Of a stretch of 64,000 nt of DNA, positions 57,751 through 64,000 are shown piece by piece. How positions within the stretch are numbered: the first letter of the stretch is position 1; each line of letters opens with the position of its first letter. The notes below the pieces were generated by a model that was not told the DNA's origin, ran no database searches, and saw nothing but the letters and a program-made list of their open reading frames with translations. The stretch comes from an uncultured Nitrososphaerota archaeon (GTDB lineage Archaea; Thermoproteota; Methanomethylicia; Culexarchaeales; Culexmicrobiaceae). The DNA is taken from NCBI GenBank assembly GCA_964462875.1, contig CAYWZQ010000009.1, positions 3,618 to 67,617 of the forward strand. Direction: 5' to 3'. The position numbers were made by a program, and so were the translations under genes.

Positions 57751-59310
57751 ATGAGGATAAGTAGAGTCATAGTAGTTGACTTCGGATCTCAATATACGCA
57801 TCTTATTGCTAGGAGGGTTAGAGAGCTAAAGGTATATAGCATTGTTGTACCTTGTATGGAAGGCCCAGAACTTTACAACAATCTCAAACCAAATGGAATA
57901 ATATTATCTGGTGGGCCAAGAAGCGTATATGAAGAAAACGCTCCAACAATAAATAAGGACGTACTAGATTGGGCTATTGAGAATAAGATTCCAGTATTAG
58001 GAATATGCTATGGACACCAGCTAATAGCCAAGATGCTTGGCGGAGAAGTCATGAGAGGAAAGGAGGGAGAGTATGGCTTAAGTAAATTGGAAGTCCATAA
58101 TGAAGACTTGATATTTAAGGGTACGCCAAGAGTTCAAGATGTATGGATGTCCCATAGAGACTTAGTAGCAAAATTACCAGAAAACTTTGAAATCCTAGCT
58201 TCAACAAAATATACAGCAATAGCAGCATATAAGTCAAAAGACAACTTAATTTATGGACTCCAATTTCACCCAGAAGTCAGACATACCAAATATGGCAAGA
58301 AAATTTTAAGAAACTTCCTATTTGAAGTATGCAATTGTAAAGCAAACTGGAGACTAGGTGACTTCATTAAAAGGAAAGTCAGGGAAATAAAGCAGACAAT
58401 TGGAAGTAGCAATGTGATCATGGCGGCTAGCGGAGGAGTGGATTCCACAACAGCTGCATATTTAATTAAAATGGCTGTTGGAGATAAGTTACACTTAGTC
58501 TATGTTGATACGGGGCTAATGAGAGAAAAAGAGGATGAGGAAGTAATTAGTATGCTTAAAAAATTGGGATTTAAACACATTCATAGAGTTAATGCAGCAA
58601 AAATTTTTCTAAAGAGACTGAAGGGAGTAGTTGACCCGGAAAAGAAGAGACAAATCATTGCTAGGACATTCATCGAAGTTTTTGAGGAAAAAGCTAGGGA
58701 ATTAGAAAGAATTTACGGTAAATTCGAGTTTCTGGGTCAGGGAACAATATATCCCGATAGAATTGAAAGCGGACAAGCAAGTCCACTAGCTGATAGAATA
58801 AAAAGCCATCACAACGTGGTTTTACCCAAAGGAATGAAATTCAAGCTAATAGAACCAATAGCAGACTTATATAAAGATGAAGTTAGGAAAATAGCTAGAA
58901 AGCTAGGTTTACCGAAAGAACTAGTTAAGAGGCATCCATTTCCAGGTCCAGGACTAGCAGTAAGAATTATAGGTGAGGTAACGGAGGAGAAGCTCAAAAT
59001 TCTAAGGAAAGCAGATAAAATTGTTGAAGAAGAAATGAAGAAAAGTGGATGGTACTGGAGAGTATGGCAAGCCTTTCCAGTACTATTACCAGTAAAAACT
59101 GTAGGAGTTATGGGAGACCAAAGATCCTACAACTATGCTATTGCACTGAGAATAGTTTATAGCGAGGATGGTATGACCGCGAACTTCGTTAAAATGCCGT
59201 GGAAGCTGCTTGAGCGAATAGCCAGTAGAATAGTTAATGAAGTTGATGGAGTAAATAGAGTGTTATATGACGTTACAAATAAACCTCCAGCTACAATAGA
59301 ATTTGAATAA
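57751..59310 (+). CDS. guaA: GMP synthase, fused glutaminase + ATPPase
   Basis: DFGSQY, GICYG, QFHPE, SGGVDS, IKSHHNV, HPFPGPGL, KPPATIEFE; track ORF starts 57712. Confidence 0.96.
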   Translation: MRISRVIVVDFGSQYTHLIARRVRELKVYSIVVPCMEGPELYNNLKPNGIILSGGPRSVYEENAPTINKDVLDWAIENKIPVLGICYGHQLIAKMLGGEVMRGKEGEYGLSKLEVHNEDLIFKGTPRVQDVWMSHRDLVAKLPENFEILASTKYTAIAAYKSKDNLIYGLQFHPEVRHTKYGKKILRNFLFEVCNCKANWRLGDFIKRKVREIKQTIGSSNVIMAASGGVDSTTAAYLIKMAVGDKLHLVYVDTGLMREKEDEEVISMLKKLGFKHIHRVNAAKIFLKRLKGVVDPEKKRQIIARTFIEVFEEKARELERIYGKFEFLGQGTIYPDRIESGQASPLADRIKSHHNVVLPKGMKFKLIEPIADLYKDEVRKIARKLGLPKELVKRHPFPGPGLAVRIIGEVTEEKLKILRKADKIVEEEMKKSGWYWRVWQAFPVLLPVKTVGVMGDQRSYNYAIALRIVYSEDGMTANFVKMPWKLLERIASRIVNEVDGVNRVLYDVTNKPPATIEFE

Positions 59311-59367
59311 ATCAAAGTGTTAAAATAATACATAACCACTATTTTACAGTGATTTAAAGGTGAAAGT

Positions 59368-60228
59368 ATGATACCCACGAGAGCGGCTCCTCCAAGAAAA
59401 ACGCCAATAATTACTTGGAGTTTAATAGCAATAAATACAGCCATATTCCTATACTTAATATTCAAAGGTGGAAGAGCACTTGAAATTGCAACCATGAAAT
59501 ATGGAATGATACCCATTTATATTCTAAGAGGAAGAAAGCTCTACACACTAATCACATCAATGTTTCTGCATGGAAGTCTATATCACCTTATAGGAAACAT
59601 GATATACCTTCACGTTTTCGGCAGCAGTGTTGAATCAAGACTGGGGAGGATGAAATACTTAGCATTATATTTGTTGAGTGGAATTTTCGCCTCAATAGCC
59701 CATATAATAATACAGCTGTTCTTCGCGCAACCAATAATTATTTATGGTCCATATCTTGTTCCTGTCAAAATAATTGATCCACTTAAAATTCCATGCATTG
59801 GTGCGAGCGGCGCAATATCAGGCGTTTTGGGTGCTTACCTGATTATGTTCCCATATTCGAAAGTTGGAGTAATGACATATGATATCTTCGGCTTTCCAAT
59901 AATGATTTCAGTACCAGCTTATGTCTTCATAGGCTTCTGGTTCATCTATCAGCTATACATGGGCTTCATGAGTTTAGTGGCACCATTCATCTACTATGCA
60001 GGGGTAGCATTTTGGGCGCATATTGGTGGGTTTATTGGCGGACTAATTTTATGCGCATTCATGGGGGGAAGAAGAAGAAAGAAAATATACTGGCTTGGAA
60101 GAAGATGGTACGACATACCAGTCTATGCATTAACAAGCAACATAAACCATAAATCTACAAAACACTTTGACCTCACTGCTCTTCAAGATAGCGCTTATAA
60201 TTTTCAAATATCGTTGGAGCAACCTTGA
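59368..60228 (+). CDS. Rhomboid intramembrane serine protease
   Basis: SMFLHG..HLIGNM, GASG, AHIGG. Confidence 0.92.
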   Translation: MIPTRAAPPRKTPIITWSLIAINTAIFLYLIFKGGRALEIATMKYGMIPIYILRGRKLYTLITSMFLHGSLYHLIGNMIYLHVFGSSVESRLGRMKYLALYLLSGIFASIAHIIIQLFFAQPIIIYGPYLVPVKIIDPLKIPCIGASGAISGVLGAYLIMFPYSKVGVMTYDIFGFPIMISVPAYVFIGFWFIYQLYMGFMSLVAPFIYYAGVAFWAHIGGFIGGLILCAFMGGRRRKKIYWLGRRWYDIPVYALTSNINHKSTKHFDLTALQDSAYNFQISLEQP

Positions 60229-60793
60229 TCACTTCTTTAAGCATTAATTTAGCCATTTCACGTATCTCCCATTGAGCATCCTTCGCTAATCTTAAGTTAA
60301 AGAAGTGCATAAGTTCCCTAGCATTCATTGTAACAACAATTGATGTCTCAACTCCTTGGGGAATTACATATCTCGCATCCTCCTTCGGCACTCCCAAATC
60401 AATGAGTTTCTTATAAGCTTCCCTAGCCTTTTCAACTACTTCAATAAAGATTCTATATGCCTCGCTTACCTTCCTTATCGATGGAGGTACAATGAAATTC
60501 GCATTTCTCAAATTAACTGCCCTCTGACTCTGCTGACTATAACTTGCTATACGATGCCTAACTAGCTGATGACTGGTTACTCTACTAATTCCCTCAATTA
60601 AAAAAGTGAAGGATGCATGCTCTATTGGACTTAAATGACCCATCTTAATACACATTTTAATTAAGCGTTTGATATCGTCGTCACTTAATTCTTTATAAAT
60701 TTCATCGGCACCCTTACGGCTTCTACATTGCCTAATAGCGCTGGCGACAACACGCTCCGGATCAGGAGTATATGCCAGCAGAACTACTCTCAC
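60173..60793 (-). CDS. thyX: Flavin-dependent thymidylate synthase
   Basis: GHLSPIEH, RHRIASYSQQSQR, EDARY, NAREL, AQWEIR. Confidence 0.95.
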   Translation of the reverse strand: MRVVLLAYTPDPERVVASAIRQCRSRKGADEIYKELSDDDIKRLIKMCIKMGHLSPIEHASFTFLIEGISRVTSHQLVRHRIASYSQQSQRAVNLRNANFIVPPSIRKVSEAYRIFIEVVEKAREAYKKLIDLGVPKEDARYVIPQGVETSIVVTMNARELMHFFNLRLAKDAQWEIREMAKLMLKEVIKVAPTIFENYKRYLEEQ

Positions 60794-60928
60794 ATTAACC
60801 CCTCAAATAGTACTTTCTGTATACAAGAAGGTATTCTGCTTTACGACCTTAACTGAGCAAATATGCGCAAAAGAATACATGAGAAATACTTACGTATTCT
60901 ATGAGCAATATGAGTTAGAGGAGAGCAC

Positions 60929-61156
60929 ATGATTCAAGTGAAAATTGATAGAGATAAATGCATCGGGTGCGGCGGCTGCATTATACTCCTTCCAGCACTC
61001 TTTGAATATTCTGAACAAGCTAAAGCAAGAATTAGGAGCAAATATAGAGTTGATGAAGAAGGATGTATTGGAAGAGTGAATGATGAATTAGGTGAGAAGC
61101 TCAAGAAAATTGCCGAGCTATGCCCCACATACGCGATAACAGTTGAGGCGAGGTAA
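60929..61156 (+). CDS. Monocluster ferredoxin
   Basis: CIGCGGC...CP(TYAI). Confidence 0.85.
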   Translation: MIQVKIDRDKCIGCGGCIILLPALFEYSEQAKARIRSKYRVDEEGCIGRVNDELGEKLKKIAELCPTYAITVEAR

Positions 61157-61184
61157 AATAATATATGTCTAAACGTAAAATTCA

Positions 61185-62501
61185 ATGCTAAATAATGTGG
61201 GAGGAATTGTGGTGGCAACCCAGCTACTCGAAGCCAAGCATGGAAAAATAAGTGAAGAAGTCAAGGAAGTGGCAAGAAAAGAGAACATGGATCCCGAAAA
61301 GCTTGCCAGGTTAGTTGCTAGAGGACTAATAATAATACCCAGGAACATTAAAAGGGAAAAAATAAAGATAACTGGTGTTGGTACTGGACTTAAAACTAAA
61401 GTCAATGTTAATATTGGAACATCAACACTATACGCCGACCTCGACATGGAAATCGAGAAAGCCAAAATTGCAGTTAAATATGGCACGGATACAATAATGG
61501 ATTTAAGCACTGGAGGAGATCTAAATCTCATCAGAAGAAAGCTCATGGAAGTAGCTCCCGTACCCTTCGGCACAGTTCCAATATATCAAGCTTTTATTGA
61601 GGCGGCGAAAAGAGAGGGAGCCGGAATCCACATGAACGAAGACGATATCTTCAATACAATAGAACTGCATATGAAGGATGGAGTCGACTTCATGACAATA
61701 CATGCGGGAATAACACTTGAAATCGCGAAAAAAGCTGTGAAATCAAACAGAGTAACTGGAATTGTTAGTAGAGGAGGAGCAATATTAACTGCATGGATGC
61801 TTCATAACGAAAGGGAGAACCCCCTATATGAGAACTACGACTACCTACTTGAAATGGCTCGAGAATATGATGTAGTCATTAGCTTGGGTGACGCGCTGAG
61901 ACCAGGATGCATAGCCGATGCACACGATTACCTCCAAATGGCAGAGCTACTAGTCGTCTCAGAACTTGTAGAAAAATCCTGGAAGGCAGGAGTTCAAGTC
62001 ATGGTTGAGGGGCCTGGACATGTACCAATAAACCAAGTGGCCGCAGACATCAGGCTACAGAAGGCCATTTGCAAAGGCGCACCCTACTATGTGCTCGGAC
62101 CAATAGTAACAGACATAGGAGCGGGATACGATCACATATCATCAGCCATCGGAGCAGCAATAGCTGCAGCTGAAGGAGCAGACCTAATATGCTACTTAAC
62201 ACCAGCAGAGCACCTATCACTACCAAGCCCGGAAGATGTTAAGGAGGGGCTAATAGCAGCAAAAATTGCGGCTCATGCAGGAGATGTAGTTAAACTTGGA
62301 GAGAAAGCAATGAAAAAAGACCTAGAGATGTCAATTGCTAGAGCCAACTTGGATTGGAATAGAATGTTCAAGCTCTCACTTGACCCTGAAAAAGCTAGAG
62401 AAATGCATAGAAGATTTGGCGGAACAGAGGGGCCTTGCACAATGTGTGGTGAACTATGTGTTTATCTGTTACTAGATAAATGGAGGAAGAAAAGTGTCTG
62501 A
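61185..62501 (+). CDS. thiC: Phosphomethylpyrimidine synthase ThiC (or ThiC-like Bza paralog)
   Basis: [54 protein letters not shown]. Confidence 0.9.
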   Translation: MLNNVGGIVVATQLLEAKHGKISEEVKEVARKENMDPEKLARLVARGLIIIPRNIKREKIKITGVGTGLKTKVNVNIGTSTLYADLDMEIEKAKIAVKYGTDTIMDLSTGGDLNLIRRKLMEVAPVPFGTVPIYQAFIEAAKREGAGIHMNEDDIFNTIELHMKDGVDFMTIHAGITLEIAKKAVKSNRVTGIVSRGGAILTAWMLHNERENPLYENYDYLLEMAREYDVVISLGDALRPGCIADAHDYLQMAELLVVSELVEKSWKAGVQVMVEGPGHVPINQVAADIRLQKAICKGAPYYVLGPIVTDIGAGYDHISSAIGAAIAAAEGADLICYLTPAEHLSLPSPEDVKEGLIAAKIAAHAGDVVKLGEKAMKKDLEMSIARANLDWNRMFKLSLDPEKAREMHRRFGGTEGPCTMCGELCVYLLLDKWRKKSV

Positions 62502-62991
62502 AGCCAAGCTTCTTAGTATCTGGGTTAAGGCACCAATACTTAAGGGAGCAGATATACTCTTGGTCAGTGAATGCGTCAAGTACGTAAATCCCAAAATTCT
62601 CAAGGAAATCGGTAAAGGAAAAACAATTCTAACCTACTGTCCAGAACGGGAAGGAGCTATGGGTTATGGTAAGCTGGCCTCGATAATTAGAGCTTCAAAG
62701 CCAAAAAGCATAACTGTCCTAACCATAGATGGATCGCCACACTGCATTCAACTTCACGCAGCAGTCAATGAAGCAATATTCGATACTGCGGAGCAAATAA
62801 GGCAGGAACACTTTGTGCTAGTTGATGGCATCCAATTAGTTAAAATAGCACCCGATGCAGTTAGAGTTGCGAGATACCTGAGTTTGGTTCAAAAGCTAAT
62901 TAATGAGAAACCAGATATTCTCAGAGAGCTTGAAAAACACAGTCTAGAATATAAGTCTTCGATTAAAATGAAGCTTGAAAAACACAGTTAA
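62494..62991 (+). CDS. Putative Fe-S/metal-binding protein coupled to thiC
   Basis: Three Cys motifs: VSEC, YCPERE, DGSPHC; overlaps the thiC stop. Confidence 0.6.
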   Translation: MSEAKLLSIWVKAPILKGADILLVSECVKYVNPKILKEIGKGKTILTYCPEREGAMGYGKLASIIRASKPKSITVLTIDGSPHCIQLHAAVNEAIFDTAEQIRQEHFVLVDGIQLVKIAPDAVRVARYLSLVQKLINEKPDILRELEKHSLEYKSSIKMKLEKHS

Positions 62992-63659
62992 TCTTCAAGA
63001 AAAACTTCAACGGTTACTTCATCACCATCTTCCAATTGCAACACATCCCTCAGCTTTTTGGGAGAGATTACTTCAATGACATCATCACCATAATGCGTGC
63101 GCTCTATAAGTATAATAGCACCGTCAACACCGTTTATTTTAGCTCTGAAGCACTTAGCACCACCATAAGTTCGCTTTCCATCGGAAAAGCCCTTAATTTC
63201 AATTCCAGGCAGAATTTTTAGCAACTTCTTCACCTCGAGATCATAAATACTTTTCAACTTCAAATTTAGTGTCCCAGCATATGGCTTGAAACCTAGCTTC
63301 TCAGAGAACTGATTATAGTAGTGCGGTATGGACATGTAATACGCACCTTCGCCAAAACCAGTAAAAACATAGCCTCTAATAATGAAGGAACGCGGTATTT
63401 CAGAGAACAGCTTTCTTAAATTCACATACACATCTCTTAGCACACTTATTCCCTTCTCCGTTATCTTTATAAACTGCCCTCTCTTCGAAATCTCTCTAAC
63501 TATTAAATTCAGCTCTTCAAGCTCCTTCAATCTCCTTGAAGCTGTTTGCTGAGACACGCCTAAAACTTCTCCCAACTGCTTTGAAGCAATTAATATTGGC
63601 TTCCAGCATCCACCGAGTAAAGCTATTTTGTATAGTGTTATGAAGTACTTGTCCTTCAC
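62988..63659 (-). CDS. ribK: CTP-dependent riboflavin kinase with N-terminal HTH (RibK/RbkR)
   Basis: HTH SQQTASRRL, GFGEGAYY, PYAGTLN, ERTHY; likely GTG start 63659. Confidence 0.93.
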   Translation of the reverse strand: MKDKYFITLYKIALLGGCWKPILIASKQLGEVLGVSQQTASRRLKELEELNLIVREISKRGQFIKITEKGISVLRDVYVNLRKLFSEIPRSFIIRGYVFTGFGEGAYYMSIPHYYNQFSEKLGFKPYAGTLNLKLKSIYDLEVKKLLKILPGIEIKGFSDGKRTYGGAKCFRAKINGVDGAIILIERTHYGDDVIEVISPKKLRDVLQLEDGDEVTVEVFLED

Positions 63660-63694
63660 ACTATACAATATTGAGATAAATAAGATATACTTAA

Positions 63695-64000
63695 TCAATT
63701 ACCCCTAACATAAAAGAGAGAAATAAATACTATAGCTGAAATAATCATCATAACAGCACTGGATGCTATAAAGGGCATCAATGGAGAGAGCATCTGATAA
63801 CCATATCCAGCCAAGAAGGAACCGCTAACCATTGAGAATTCGCCAATAAAGCTTTTGATGGCAACAGCCCTCCCTCTAAAGTCCTGAGGTATAATATCAG
63901 TTATTAGAGCCGATGCAACAATAGAGAAAACACTAGAAGAAGTAGAGTAAAGAAGCATAACGATCATTAGGTTTTGCGCCGATGAGGCATAGGGAAAGAG
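63695..64000 (-). CDS. MFS transporter, C-terminal part (runs off window end)
   Basis: ALITDIIPQDFRGRAVA..GSFLAGYGY motif. Confidence 0.75.
   Translation of the reverse strand, partial: LFPYASSAQNLMIVMLLYSTSSSVFSIVASALITDIIPQDFRGRAVAIKSFIGEFSMVSGSFLAGYGYQMLSPLMPFIASSAVMMIISAIVFISLFYVRGN

Noticed and set aside
60794..60928. Short GTATTCT/AGAATAC inverted and TGAGCAA direct repeats upstream of ferredoxin-thiC; possible TPP riboswitch or ThiR site
   Set aside because: No TPP aptamer core (CTGAGA..ACCTG); arms too short in AT-rich DNA to support a call.
63660..63698. Hydrophobic N-terminal extension of ribK in the ORF track
   Set aside because: AT-rich promoter-like sequence; GTG at 63659 is the more plausible start.
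1..64000. CRISPR arrays, tRNA/rRNA genes, transposases, integrases
   Set aside because: None recognised by eye; intergenic gaps are short and lack spaced repeats or cloverleaf motifs. A covariance-model scan was not possible.

Overview
Gene-dense archaeal chromosome segment. The C/D-box sRNA, H4MPT/F420 enzymes and archaeal CODH/ACS point to an anaerobic, probably thermophilic archaeon; exact lineage cannot be fixed from this window. Left third: feoB with a DtxR-FeoA regulator and palindromic operator, a nurA-HAS barrel-herA-mre11/sbcD-rad50/sbcC operon with bacterial-type motifs, a divergent SdhA-like flavoprotein, peptide/amide hydrolases, core MetE and an MgtE/PhoU-TrkA_C cassette. From about 23 to 57.5 kb lies an essentially complete archaeal Wood-Ljungdahl pathway: fwdDB-A-C, ftr, mch, mtd, mer, cdhABCDE, two cooC, cooT, mptN-like and cofE-like ligases and ADP-forming acetyl-CoA synthetase alpha. 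It also holds an fwdH-fwdB2-hdrA/mvhD-fwdF operon without hdrBC; no mcr or mtr genes are in the window. Right end: guaA, rhomboid, thyX, ferredoxin-thiC, ribK/rbkR and a partial MFS. Most notable: (1) an uncalled 55-aa ORF between cdhC and cdhD that is a stand-alone copy of a motif shared by the termini of CdhA, CdhC and CdhD; (2) the HdrA-MvhD/FwdF module with a degenerate FwdB/FwdD pair; (3) a canonical C/D-box sRNA; (4) two nucleotidyltransferase paralogs embedded in C1 operons. All calls rest on motif recognition; no database searches were run.
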